From an uncultured delta proteobacterium (GTDB taxonomy: Bacteria > Myxococcota_A > Polyangia > Fen-1088), in the NCBI GenBank assembly GCA_963767925.1, contig CAVYGB010000002.1, positions 256,001 to 320,000 on the forward strand: a stretch of DNA of 64,000 nucleotides. The letters run 5' to 3'. The position numbers and the translations under genes are program-made. Below the pieces are notes generated by a model, which made no database searches, was not told the DNA's origin, and saw only the letters and a program-made list of their open reading frames with translations. Below, piece by piece: positions 1 to 11,201 of this stretch (position 1 is its first letter; each line of letters begins with the position of its first letter).

Positions 1-2
1 AG

Positions 3-299
3 GAGGGCCGCCCCCTGCAGGTCCTCTTCTTCCCGAGCGGCAACGTCAGCCCCGGCGCCCGCCTCAAGAACAACGAGAAGTACCCCACCATCGCCGCCGA
101 CTTCGAGCGCAGCTTCGCCCGCTGGAAGGACCTGCCCTGCGACGTCTTCCTCGGCGCCCACACCATCTTCTTCGATCTCGCCGGCAAGCGCGCCCGCCAG
201 AAGCCCGGCGCCCCCAACCCCTTCATCGACCCCGAGGGCTACCGCCGCACCCTCGCCGATCAGGAACAGAAGTTCCGCGCCCTCCTGGCCCGCGAGTGA
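3..299 (+). CDS. C-terminal part of a subclass B3-like metallo-beta-lactamase (5' end outside window)
   Basis: Manual translation: ...NNEKYPTIAADFERSFARWKDLPCDVFLGAH...PNPFIDPEGY..., TGA at 297-299. The LPCDVFLGAH and NPFIDP motifs are typical of B3 MBL C-termini. Confidence 0.75.
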   Translation, partial: EGRPLQVLFFPSGNVSPGARLKNNEKYPTIAADFERSFARWKDLPCDVFLGAHTIFFDLAGKRARQKPGAPNPFIDPEGYRRTLADQEQKFRALLARE

Positions 300-679
300 A
301 ACGCCGGTTTGATCCGGGCGCCTCCGCTCGACGGACCTGATCGATCCAGTCGACCAGGCCCGTGACCGTGGCCCGGTCCACGAAGCCGGACGCCGTCAGC
401 TCCCCAGATAATGGTTGTGGCCTTCCCCGCGCAGCCGCCGGATCTACGCCGCAGCCCGTTGGTCACGAGGGCTTCGCAGCACTTTGCCTGCTCCCTGGGC
501 TGTCGCGCCTCGCATCCGATTCCTGTTCGTCGACTCGCGATTTCGCTAGCCGCTTCTTTTCAGCGCCGCCCTCGCGGACGGGGCCCTTGCGGGCCTTCTT
601 CGCCTTGCGGTTCGCCTGGAATTCCCGTGACCAAGTGTTCCAGAGGACTTTCACCTCCCAGTCAAAACCCATGCTGGGC

Positions 680-786
680 AGACAGAGGTTCGGCGCGTCT
701 GCGCGGCGGGTGAGGGACCTCCGGCGGGGCAACCTCCCCTCACCCTTCCCTCTCCCCACGGCCGCAGACGGCCGCGGGGAGAGGGC
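680..786. repeat. Composite REP-like palindromic element
   Basis: Reverse-strand CGCCGGAGGTCCCTCACCC-GCCGCGCAGACGCGCC, followed by CCCTCTCCCCACGGCCGCAGACGGCCGCGGGGAGAGGG hairpin. Same family as 30621 and 55390. Confidence 0.75.
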
Positions 787-1079
787 AAACGGGCAGGTGT
801 GGGTCGAGCAATGCGGCTTGCGGCTGCCGGGGGTGGACGTCGCGTCGCCTTCGGCGCAGCAGAACGGGTTGCGAGGGGTGCGCGGGGAGTCGTCGTGATT
901 TCCGGGGGTTCGGGGGGATCGTCATTTTTCTGGCGGGATTTTCGGATCGCTTTCGGTGGATCTGCTGCGCCTTTCTTCTCGCCTGGCGTGGGGGGTCGCC
1001 CAAGGTGCGCGCGTTCCTCACCCGCCCGTCACATTTTTCTTCGTGTAGCGCGGCGGCCGGAGGTGACACACTTGCCGGG

Positions 1080-2736
<1,657 letters not shown>

Positions 2737-2738
<2 letters not shown>

Positions 2739-2836
2739 ACCGAACCGAACCGAACCGAACCGAACCGAACCGAACCGAACCGAACCGAACCGAACCGAAC
2801 CGAACCGAACCGAACCGAACCGAACCGAACCGAACC
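2737..2836. repeat. (GAACC)n microsatellite, about 20 copies
   Basis: Perfect pentanucleotide run starting within the stop codon of the upstream gene. Confidence 0.95.
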
Positions 2837-3006
2837 CGCCGACGGCCCCTCCCCCGAACGCTCGACAAGCAACATCGACCGCTGCCACCGGGAGCCTCCC
2901 TGGCCCCGATTTGATTTAAATGCGTTCAACAGCGCGAAATTCAAGGGAATATTTCCCCGATTGTTCGTTAACCGAGACAGAGAATTTCGTCAACGGAGGG
3001 CGTCTC

Positions 3007-4008
3007 ATGAGGCCGCGACCCGTCCCAGCCTGCACCTGGCTCATCGCGATCGTCGCAAGCGCTGCCGGCGCCTGCCGGCTCGAACCGATCCCGGACCCGC
3101 CACCGCCCGTCCCGACCAGCGACGCCGGTCCCGTGGCACAGCCGGACGCGCCCCTCCGGCCAGCCGACGGCCCCCCGCCCGACCTGGCCCCGCTCCCCTC
3201 CGAAGCGGAGGCCGGCGCCATCGTCGAGGGGCCTGACGTCACCGACGCGGCCCCGGACCGGGGCCCGGCCGCCGACGCCGCCGCCAGCGACGGCCCGCCG
3301 GTCGCCGATGCCCTGCCCCCCGACCAGCGCCCGGCCGACACGACCCCCGATCAGGCGTTGCCGCCGGTGCTGGGGCTGGTCGCCCACTGGCGCTTCGACG
3401 AGGGCCGCGGCACCAGCTCCGCCGACGCCACCGGCAACGGCGGCACCTGCACCCTCCACAACGGCACCGCCTGGGAGGCGAGCCGCGTCGCCCGCGGCCC
3501 CGGCGACTTCGCCGTGCGGCTCGACGGAGAGAACGACTACCTCTCGGCCACCGTGACCCGGATGATCCCGCGCATCGAGGCAGCCAAGAGCATCGCCTAC
3601 TGGTTCGTCCCCGACGCCGGCGCGCCGGCGCCTTCGGGCAACCAGCGCACCTGCGTGGCCCTGGCCGACCCGGGCATGCGGGTGGGCATCCAGGTGGGGC
3701 TCGACCGCAACCGCCCCGCGGCCTGGTCCTGGGGCCAGAACGCGGGCTTCGTGATCACCAGCGCCACCCCCCCGGCCGGCGCCCGCCACCTGACCTACAC
3801 CTTCGACGGCACCACCCACCGCCTCTACCTCGACGGCGCGCTGGCCTCTACCTCGACCGCCGGCTCCCAGAGCGGCGCCGTCACCACCATCTACGTCGGT
3901 ACCTACGATCCGCCCAGCGAGCTGTGCGCCGGGCAGATCGACGACCTGCGGATCTACGACCGCGCGCTCAGCGCCGCCGAGGTGGGCACCCTCGCGGCGC
4001 GCCCGTGA
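3007..4008 (+). CDS. LamG-domain lipoprotein
   Basis: AGAC lipobox, Pro/Asp-rich linker, LVAHWRFDEG...DATGNG and GQIDDLRIYDRALS motifs. Confidence 0.8.
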   Translation: MRPRPVPACTWLIAIVASAAGACRLEPIPDPPPPVPTSDAGPVAQPDAPLRPADGPPPDLAPLPSEAEAGAIVEGPDVTDAAPDRGPAADAAASDGPPVADALPPDQRPADTTPDQALPPVLGLVAHWRFDEGRGTSSADATGNGGTCTLHNGTAWEASRVARGPGDFAVRLDGENDYLSATVTRMIPRIEAAKSIAYWFVPDAGAPAPSGNQRTCVALADPGMRVGIQVGLDRNRPAAWSWGQNAGFVITSATPPAGARHLTYTFDGTTHRLYLDGALASTSTAGSQSGAVTTIYVGTYDPPSELCAGQIDDLRIYDRALSAAEVGTLAARP

Positions 4009-5049
4009 TCAGGGGGTGAGGGCGAAGCAGTAGAAGGCGCCGTAGCCGCCGCCGGCGCCGATGCTCGAGCCATTGCCGCCGCCGCCCGAGACGAGGTTCA
4101 CGCCGGGCAGGCAGCTCCGGCCGGTGTGAACCTCGATCCAGTGGACGCCGCTGGCGTTCGAGGGCCAGGAGTGCCCGAACCCGATCTGCGGGCGCATGGC
4201 CAGGCCGATGGTGGCGCTGGTCCAGTCCTGGCACGTGTTCATGGCGTTGCCGGGGAAGCGGAGGCGCCCCATGCGGTTGGACCCCGTGATGGTGTCGTGG
4301 GTGTCGTTGGGGCCGCTGGTGGGGCGGCCGCGCCCCTTCTCGTCGACAAGGTCGGCGGCGGCCTGAGGATCGCCGGCCGGGCGGTTGCCGCTGGTGAGGC
4401 CGGCCTTGTCGTTGGCGATGAGGCGCCCGTTCCGGTCGTACCAGGGCCCCTCGCCGATGCGGTCGATCGCGTGCACCGGCTGGCCGTCCGGCCCGCGCAC
4501 GACGCTGAGGAAGGCCCGCCAGGTCTTGCTGCCGAAGCCCTCGCCCTCGGCGAGCGTCTGGCAGATCTTGTCGGCCCCCTCCAGGCCCGAGGGCATGCCG
4601 AAGCTGAGGTTGCCTCCGAAGCCGTTCTGGCTGCCCGACAGCCGGCGCATCCCCTCGATGCTGGTCACGAAGAAGCTGAAGCGTGCCTGGGCGGGGGCCG
4701 CGTCGCTGCCGCCGCCGCCGGCCCTGTCCGCCGGTCGGCCGTCCCGCGGTCCCGCGTCGCGCCGGGCATCACCCGCCGGGGCGCCGCCACTGTCCGCGCT
4801 CCCGGGGGTCCCCCCGCGGCCGCCGCTGCCCCCGGATCCACCGGTGGGGGGAGACGTCGGCGCCGCCCCGGCGCCTCCGCCGCTGCCGCCCTGGCCGCCG
4901 CTGCCGGCCGCGCCGCCGGTCCCGGGCGCGCCCGTGCCGGCGCTGCCGCCGGTGCCGCCGCCCGCCGGCGGGTCATCCGCCGCGGCGCAGCCCGCCACGA
5001 CAAGTCCGAGGGTCCCCGCTACGACAAGGCCGAGTCGCGATGTGGGCAT
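4009..5049 (-). CDS. Lipoprotein with Gly-rich linker and endostatin/DUF1554-like C-terminal domain
   Basis: VAGC lipobox; FSFFVTS, GLEGADKICQTLA, WRAFLS and FYCFA motifs. Confidence 0.7.
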   Translation of the reverse strand: MPTSRLGLVVAGTLGLVVAGCAAADDPPAGGGTGGSAGTGAPGTGGAAGSGGQGGSGGGAGAAPTSPPTGGSGGSGGRGGTPGSADSGGAPAGDARRDAGPRDGRPADRAGGGGSDAAPAQARFSFFVTSIEGMRRLSGSQNGFGGNLSFGMPSGLEGADKICQTLAEGEGFGSKTWRAFLSVVRGPDGQPVHAIDRIGEGPWYDRNGRLIANDKAGLTSGNRPAGDPQAAADLVDEKGRGRPTSGPNDTHDTITGSNRMGRLRFPGNAMNTCQDWTSATIGLAMRPQIGFGHSWPSNASGVHWIEVHTGRSCLPGVNLVSGGGGNGSSIGAGGGYGAFYCFALTP

Positions 5050-5205
5050 GGGTACTTCTACATTGGTGAACGACCGGTGACATTTTCATCAGTCGTGCAA
5101 CGGATTGGAAAAACCGGCCCCGCCGCGACTCGTCGCGCTGGCCCGCGGGCCCAGCGGGCGCCCGGAAACTCCACCCCGTCGCGGGGCCGGCTTATCCTCG
5201 GGGGC

Positions 5206-5391
5206 ATGTTTCCGCCGCCCGGTACCCCGGTCCCGGCCGACCCGGCGATCGAGGCCCTCAAGCGAGAGGTCGACCGCGACGCCCTGCGCGCCAACCTGGC
5301 CCTCAGCCCCGAAGAACGGCTGCAGCGGCTGATGGAGATGCAGGCCTTCGCCGACGAGCTGAAGCGGCGCAGCCGCCGCGAGCCGCCCTGA
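5206..5391 (+). CDS. Small protein (61 aa), putative antitoxin-like partner of the downstream nucleotidyltransferase
   Basis: MFPPPG...VDRDALRANLALSPEERL...; its TGA overlaps the next ATG (TGATG). Confidence 0.65.
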   Translation: MFPPPGTPVPADPAIEALKREVDRDALRANLALSPEERLQRLMEMQAFADELKRRSRREPP

Positions 5392-5903
5392 TGGTCGACT
5401 ACGCCACGGCCCTGCGGGCGCTGGTCGATGGCGGCGTCCGCTTCGTGCTTGTCGGCGGCGCCGCCGCCACCGCCCACGGCTCGCCCCGCCTCACCCACGA
5501 CCTCGACCTCCTGATCGCCCGCAACCCCGCGAACCTCGACCGCCTCAGCAAGGCGCTGGCCCCCTTCCCGCCCCCCGCCGGCGAGGGCCCCCTGCCCATC
5601 ATCGATGCCGCCACCCTGGCCGGCGGGAGCCTGACCCTGCCCACGGGCCTCGGCCCGATCGACCTGCACGGCGCGCTCCCCGGCGGCGGCAGCTACGAGG
5701 ACCTGCTGCCCGGAGCCATCGAGGTCGAGCTGTTCGGTCGGGCCTGCCGCTGCCTCGACCTGCCCGCCCTCATCGCCGTCAAGCGCGCCGGTGCCACCCG
5801 CACCGAGGACCTCGAGGCCCTGGCCGAGCTGGAGGCCCTCCTCGAGGAGCGCCAGACCGCGCCCCCCCGGCCCCCGGGCGCCCGGCTAAGAGCCAGCCGC
5901 TGA
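5391..5903 (+). CDS. Pol-beta-superfamily nucleotidyltransferase (DUF6036/AbiEii-like)
   Basis: FVLVGGAAATAHGSPRLTHDLD (GG...DxD) and LIAVKRAG...EDL motifs. The last codons come from the IS-derived end at 5890. Confidence 0.75.
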   Translation: MVDYATALRALVDGGVRFVLVGGAAATAHGSPRLTHDLDLLIARNPANLDRLSKALAPFPPPAGEGPLPIIDAATLAGGSLTLPTGLGPIDLHGALPGGGSYEDLLPGAIEVELFGRACRCLDLPALIAVKRAGATRTEDLEALAELEALLEERQTAPPRPPGARLRASR

Positions 5904-6495
5904 AACCTGTGGAGAATTTGCGCCGATGGGCGAAACGAGGTGTCGAGGCCGGGACGCGTGCTCGTGGGCGTGTTCGAGCGCGAGTTCGTGTGGGGCGAGC
6001 GTTGAGCGGCCAGGCGGCTCTCGGTGCGCGTAAATCACGCGCACATAAATCACGCGAGCCGAGGCCCGCGGGCCGAACACGCTCACCCCACACGGACACG
6101 AACTCGAACACGCGCTCGCACACGAGCACGACCACGACAGCCGCGGCAGTCATCAGGGTTGGTGGCGGTGCATGCCGGCGAGCCGAGTGAGCATCGCGCA
6201 CAGCCGGTCGAGCAGAGACATCACCGCTTCGATCTCGGTATCGGGAGCAAGTCCCAGGATTGCAACCGCCTCCAAGGCGGCTGCCGCCTCGGACGCTTCG
6301 CCTCTGGCGGTGCGGAACCGTGAGATCCTGTCGGCGCCCGTTCGGCTGGATGCCTCGGCGATGCCCAGGTATGCCGACAACAGCGCGCGCCGAAGCTGGT
6401 CCTGCAACGTCGCATACCCCGGAATCGTCTACAAGCTCAAGACCGGGTGCCAATGGGATGCCATCCCCCGCGAGTTCGGCAGCGGCAGCGTGTGC
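5890..6495. mobile_element. Internally deleted, one-ended derivative of the IS5-family element at 27916-29514 (inverted orientation)
   Basis: 5890-6419 is the near-identical reverse complement of ~28990-29514, including the TIR GAGCCAGCCGCTGAAACCTGTG. 6420-6497 matches transposase codons GIVYKLKTGCQWDAIPREFGSGSVC. TAA lies on both sides. Confidence 0.85.
6153..6419 (-). pseudogene. 5'-truncated four-helix-bundle (23S IVS protein/Avd-like) gene
   Basis: LQDQLRRALLSAYLGIAEASSR...RFRTARGEASE motif; the N-terminus is removed by the deletion junction at ~6419. Confidence 0.75.
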
Positions 6496-6546
6496 TAAAG
6501 GACTGTTTTCGAAGTAGTCGGGTCCCCTCGCTTCGCCCGGGCCCGA

Positions 6547-8184
6547 CTAGTACCGGTAGCCGACGCCGAAGCCGCTGCGGTAGGTGAGGGCGCCCGAGCG
6601 GGCGGCGTTGCCCTGGACCCCGACCCGGCTGTCCTGCCGGCGCATGTAGAAGTTCGCCAGCTCCAGCGAGGCCTCGAGGGTGAAGCCGCGGCCGAGCGGC
6701 CAGGAGGCCCAGCCACCCACCGTCGTGATCAGCCCCTGCGGGCGCACCTCGCTGGTGCAGGCGCCGCCGGTGGGGCACTCCGCCTCGACGAGGGTGTGCT
6801 TGAACAGGCCCCAGCCGACCGAGACAAGCGGCGCCACCGCCAGCCGCCCCAGATCGAGGACGTACATCCCGGCCAGCTCGGCGGTCAGCTCGTCGAGGGT
6901 GTGGGCGCGAAACCGTCCCGCGGGCTGGCGGGCCCGGCCGCTGCCGTAGCCCAGCCGCGGGACCAGCGAGAAGCGGGGCAGCTCGAAGGCCCAGCCGAGC
7001 TGCAGGCCGAACATGTTCGAGTAGCCGGTGCCGAGGGGACCGTGCATGGTCCCGCTCAGCACGGGGCCGTTGGCGAGCTGGGCGGCGGTCTCGCCCTTGC
7101 GCACCACCTGGGCGATGGGGACCGCCCGCATCTGGCTGGGGGACAGCGTGCGCGACTCGCCGGGGGCCAGCGACAGCTCCGTCTCGAACACCTCGGCGCC
7201 GGTGCGGGCCCGGATGCGGTAGCGCCCGGGGCTCACCTGCAGGGGCAAGCGCGCCACCTTGGCCCCGGCCTCGAACAGCAGGGCGCCGGTGTCGGGGTGC
7301 ATGAGCAGGTATTCGCCGGTGGCGGCCAGCACCAGCTCGGCTCGCTCGCCGCGCGTGCGCAGATCGGCCAGCACCGGGTCGGCCCGCCCCCGCAGGTCGT
7401 ATTCGAAGGTCGCGTGTTGCGATCCCGCGAGGGTGTTCATCGACGTCTTGAGCGTCTGCTCGGACGAATAGCTGTAGGCCTCCCCCAGGGTGACGAGGCG
7501 GTCGAGGTTCAGGTCGCCCATCCCGCGCAGGCCCGCCAGGAAGTGGTGGGTGAAGACCGAGGAGCGGAAGGCCTCGCTCTCCTGGGCGTCTTCGCCCGCG
7601 CTCGAGGAGGTGATGACGGCGTAGCCCTCGTTGCGCAGGAGATCCTCGATCCCGATCTGGAAGGGGGCCACCGGCCGGCCGCCCTTGACCCGGGTCAGCG
7701 CGCCCGAGCGGCAGGCGTCGACGAGCAGGACCTTCAGCTTGGCCTGCGAGGCGCGCACCAGGCCGGATAGCTCCTCCATCGGCAGCTCGGTGCCGCCGAG
7801 GTGCAGGTTCTCGGCGTCGGCGTGCCCCGAATAGTAGGCGAACAGCACCGCCTCGCCGCCGGTCGTGCGCAGGTCGCCCTGGATGCGCACGATGAGGTCG
7901 AGCAGCGCCCGCCGGACCCGGGTGGCGTCCGGCGCGATCAGTCGGGTCACCCGCTCGCTGGGGAAGCGGCCCACCTCGACCAGCAGGTCGGCCACCGCGT
8001 CCACGTCCGACTCGGCGTAGCGCAGGGGCACCTCGTGGGCCGCGCCCCGGTTGGACCCGACGAGGAAGCCGTAGCGCTTGATCTCGGCCTGCGCCGCCGC
8101 CGGCACGAGGGCGGCCAGCAGCAGCGCCCCCAGGGCGACGGCGAGGCGCGGCCGGTGCGGGCGCGGGGGCGGGGGCGGCATCAT
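6547..8184 (-). CDS. Exported caspase-family (C14) protease with C-terminal beta-strand-rich domain
   Basis: Signal peptide (…VPAAAQA), LRYAESD, YYSGHA (His), VDACRSG (Cys), SSAGEDAQES and SVFTHHFLAGLRG motifs; ends GFGVGYRY. Confidence 0.9.
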   Translation of the reverse strand: MMPPPPPRPHRPRLAVALGALLLAALVPAAAQAEIKRYGFLVGSNRGAAHEVPLRYAESDVDAVADLLVEVGRFPSERVTRLIAPDATRVRRALLDLIVRIQGDLRTTGGEAVLFAYYSGHADAENLHLGGTELPMEELSGLVRASQAKLKVLLVDACRSGALTRVKGGRPVAPFQIGIEDLLRNEGYAVITSSSAGEDAQESEAFRSSVFTHHFLAGLRGMGDLNLDRLVTLGEAYSYSSEQTLKTSMNTLAGSQHATFEYDLRGRADPVLADLRTRGERAELVLAATGEYLLMHPDTGALLFEAGAKVARLPLQVSPGRYRIRARTGAEVFETELSLAPGESRTLSPSQMRAVPIAQVVRKGETAAQLANGPVLSGTMHGPLGTGYSNMFGLQLGWAFELPRFSLVPRLGYGSGRARQPAGRFRAHTLDELTAELAGMYVLDLGRLAVAPLVSVGWGLFKHTLVEAECPTGGACTSEVRPQGLITTVGGWASWPLGRGFTLEASLELANFYMRRQDSRVGVQGNAARSGALTYRSGFGVGYRY

Positions 8185-8206
8185 GCGGGCCTCACAACGA
8201 TAGCGC

Positions 8207-9091
8207 TCAGCGCGCGCCGCCGGCGGGGACCTTTTCGATGCGGTAGCGGGCGCTGACACACGGCGCCTGCAGCGGCCCCACCGCCTCCGCGGGATCGGAG
8301 GCCACCCGGGCCCGATCGGTCGCCTGTTGCACGGCGCGGACCAGGGTGTCGACGGCGACCGGGGTCGGGCAGGAGAAGGCGACGATGACCTCGGTGCCCA
8401 GCGTGCCGTCGAGCTCGACGGCTCCGGGCAGCGGCCTGTGCCCGGGCGGCAGCGCCGTCGCGACGGCCCCGCCGGCCGGGTGGTAGACCGAGACACGGCC
8501 GGTTGTGTCGACGGCCAGCACGGCGACGTAGGCGCTGCTGTCGCCGGCCAGGCGCAAGCGGACGCGGTCGCCGGGGTGCAGGGCCTCGCCCAGGTGCAGC
8601 TTCCCCTCGCCCGCCGTCTCGGCGTGTTTGACGAACAGCTCGACGCCGAGACCGACGCCGACGCCGCCTTTGGATCGCAGGTCGTCCGCGGCGCCGCCGC
8701 GATCGCCGCGGGCCCACAGGAGCAGGCCACCCGCCGCCAGGGCCAGGCCCAGGACCGGCGCCAGCCAGCGCTGCAGCCGCGCCCCGACACCGCCCGGGCG
8801 CAGGCTCGCCGCGCGCGCGAGCGCGTCGCGGGCCAGCGCGGGCACGTCGGCCTGCTCGGTGAAGCGCTGCCGGTCCTCGGCGAGGGCGGCGAACGCGTCG
8901 CTGCACGCGCGGCAGGTGGCCAGGTGGGCCTGCGCCAGCGCGTGCTCTTCCTTGCCGGCTTGCTTGGCTTTTTGCTCGCGGGTTTCGGCCGGCCCCTCGC
9001 CGAGGAACAGCCGGTCCAGGACCAGGTCGGACAGGCAGGCTTCCGCGATCCGGCGCCGGCCCTTCTGCCACATCGAGACGCTATCGTTCAC
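8207..9091 (-). CDS. Putative anti-sigma factor: HxxxCxxC zinc motif, TM helix, DUF4384-like extracytoplasmic domain
   Basis: AHLATCRAC, TM segment, RSKGG, LHPGDRVRL and AVELDGTLGTE motifs; overlaps the ECF gene stop. Confidence 0.8.
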   Translation of the reverse strand: MNDSVSMWQKGRRRIAEACLSDLVLDRLFLGEGPAETREQKAKQAGKEEHALAQAHLATCRACSDAFAALAEDRQRFTEQADVPALARDALARAASLRPGGVGARLQRWLAPVLGLALAAGGLLLWARGDRGGAADDLRSKGGVGVGLGVELFVKHAETAGEGKLHLGEALHPGDRVRLRLAGDSSAYVAVLAVDTTGRVSVYHPAGGAVATALPPGHRPLPGAVELDGTLGTEVIVAFSCPTPVAVDTLVRAVQQATDRARVASDPAEAVGPLQAPCVSARYRIEKVPAGGAR

Positions 9092-9648
9092 GGGGTCTCT
9101 CCTCCAGGCTTTGGAACCCCAGCCCCCCTGGGAAGGGCAATCGCGTCGTCACCCATCGCCTTCAGGGCCTCGGCGCGGAAGCGGTCCAGTCGGTAACCGA
9201 TCGTGCGTCGCGACACGCCCAGCGCCCGCGCGATCTCGGACTGGTCCATCTCGTCCACGTAGTAATACACAGCGATCTCCGACAGCTCGGGCGCGACCTG
9301 GGCCAGCACGCGGCGCAGCGTCGCGCGCGCCTCCGGGGGCAGCCCGGGCGTGCGCACCACGCGGGGCGCCTCCTCGCCGAGGCGCGTGAGGTGCTCGCGC
9401 CGGCGCCGCCCGTCGCGCAGCCGATTCAGGCACAGGTTGGTGGTGATCCGGTACAGCCAGGTCGAGGGCTGGCTCTGGCGCCGGAACTCCTTCATCGCGC
9501 CGATGACCCGGACGAACACCTCCTGCAGGGCGTCCTGGGCCTCGACCTCGTCGCCCAGCAGGCTGCGCGCGCGCCGCCGGACCAGAGGACCGTAGGCGCG
9601 ATAGAGCGCTTCCAGCTCGCTCTGATCGATGGCGCGGCCACTTGCCAC
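9088..9648 (-). CDS. ECF sigma-70 factor
   Basis: AQDALQEVF, STWLYRITTNLCLN and HTH EIARALGVSRRTI. Confidence 0.92.
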   Translation of the reverse strand: MASGRAIDQSELEALYRAYGPLVRRRARSLLGDEVEAQDALQEVFVRVIGAMKEFRRQSQPSTWLYRITTNLCLNRLRDGRRRREHLTRLGEEAPRVVRTPGLPPEARATLRRVLAQVAPELSEIAVYYYVDEMDQSEIARALGVSRRTIGYRLDRFRAEALKAMGDDAIALPRGAGVPKPGGETP

Positions 9649-9699
9649 GGCGTTCAGCTTATACCGGACGGCGCGAGGGCGCCCGGCCGGGCGGCGCCG

Positions 9700-10944
9700 T
9701 CACATGCCGGCGAGGCGAGGCAGCAGCGCCCGGATGTCCTGGGCGTGCTCGCCGTCGGGCGCCAGCTCGAGGTAGCGGGCGTAGGCCGCCCGCGCCTCGG
9801 CCGCGTGGCCGAGCTGCTGCTCGGCCCCGCCGAGGAGCACGAAGGCGCTGGCGTGTTTCGGATCGACGCCGATGGCCCGCCGGGCCCAGACCGCCGCCTC
9901 GACGTTGCGCCCGAGCTCGAGCACCGCCTGGGCCACCTCGGCCGCGAGGGCGGCCGCGGGCTGGGCCTCGAAGGCCGCCGTGCACCTGGCCTCGATGTCG
10001 CGGATGCGCCGGGAACGCAGGACGCTGGTGCAGGCCGCGACCCGGGACGACGACGCCGGGGCGGCGTTGTTCGACTCGCCCGCGGGCGGCGCGGGTGCCG
10101 GTGCGGCGGGTGGCGGAGGCGCGGCAGCGGGGGCGGCCGGGGCGGCGGCGGGCTCTTGCCCGGGCACCTCGACGGGCGCTTGCCCCGGCACCGCTTGCCC
10201 GGTTACCTCTTGGCCGGTCGCCTCTTGCCCGGGGACTTCTGGCCCCGCGACTTCGCCGATGGCGGCGCCTTCGGGGGTGAGGCCCTCGGGCGCGGCGCCT
10301 TCGGGCATTTCCTCGGTGCGCGCGCGGAGCTGATCGACCGTGACGACCTTGTCGAGCGCCCCGATCGGCGGGATCAGCTCGGTGGGCAGCGCCTCGGGCG
10401 AGGGAACCACCGCCGGCGCGCTCGTCGCGGCGGCGAAGGGCGGCGGCTCGGCCTCGGGCGCGCTGGCGCGGCGGTCGCTGACGAAGTTGCGCACACCGAG
10501 CGCGATCATCCCCAGCACCAGCAGACCACAGAAGCCGAGGGCGATTCGCCGCCGCTGGCCGGTGGGGCGAACGATGAACACCTCACGCTCGCCTTGCTGC
10601 TCGCTGGCCGCGCGCAGGTGATCGTCGGAGAGCCCGCGCGAGAAGAACCCGTGCTCGAGATCGTCGTCGATGCTCGCGCCGTCCTCGCTGGATCGGCCGA
10701 GCGAGAGGCTGCCGGAGGCGGCCGGATCGACCGCCTCGCTGACCACGCCCGATTCGTCGTTGCTGCCTTGGTTGCCGCTGCCTTGGTTGCCGTCACTGTT
10801 GCGGTCAGAGACGACGTCGTCGCTGGCTGGCGCGGCCGCCGATCCAGACGACTCCGTAGCGGAGACGTCCGACGAGGATCCGGACGCATCGTCGGACCCA
10901 CTGGAAGTTAGTTGTAGCGCCTTCAAACTCGAGTCCCGCGACAC
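9700..10944 (-). CDS. Membrane-anchored protein with low-complexity linkers and C-terminal TPR (start uncertain)
   Basis: One TM segment and TPR-like end AFVLLGGAEQQLG…EARAAYARYLELAPDG. Confidence 0.7.
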   Translation of the reverse strand: MSRDSSLKALQLTSSGSDDASGSSSDVSATESSGSAAAPASDDVVSDRNSDGNQGSGNQGSNDESGVVSEAVDPAASGSLSLGRSSEDGASIDDDLEHGFFSRGLSDDHLRAASEQQGEREVFIVRPTGQRRRIALGFCGLLVLGMIALGVRNFVSDRRASAPEAEPPPFAAATSAPAVVPSPEALPTELIPPIGALDKVVTVDQLRARTEEMPEGAAPEGLTPEGAAIGEVAGPEVPGQEATGQEVTGQAVPGQAPVEVPGQEPAAAPAAPAAAPPPPAAPAPAPPAGESNNAAPASSSRVAACTSVLRSRRIRDIEARCTAAFEAQPAAALAAEVAQAVLELGRNVEAAVWARRAIGVDPKHASAFVLLGGAEQQLGHAAEARAAYARYLELAPDGEHAQDIRALLPRLAGM

Positions 10945-11201
10945 GGTAGATCCCGTAAGGGGGTTAGGCTGGCCATCGGAGCCTTGGACATCCGAGGCGG
11001 CTTATAGGGTAAACTTATAGAGTCAGATTTTCGAGGTTTTCGATCAAATTTCTTTAGGCCAAATCGTAGGCGCCCCGTGAGGCGTCCGCGCGAGTCTGCC
11101 CCGGTCCCTGCCCGCAACGGTGACGGAACGGGGACGATCGTCGCCAGTCTCTCCCGCCGACCCCAGGATTCCGACACTTTTGCTATGGTGGGCCTCTTGT
11201 C

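Noticed and set aside
463..672. 69-aa basic ORF (MGFDWEVKVLW…) next to a REP
   Set aside because: No recognisable motif and atypical codon usage; cannot be supported, though not excluded.
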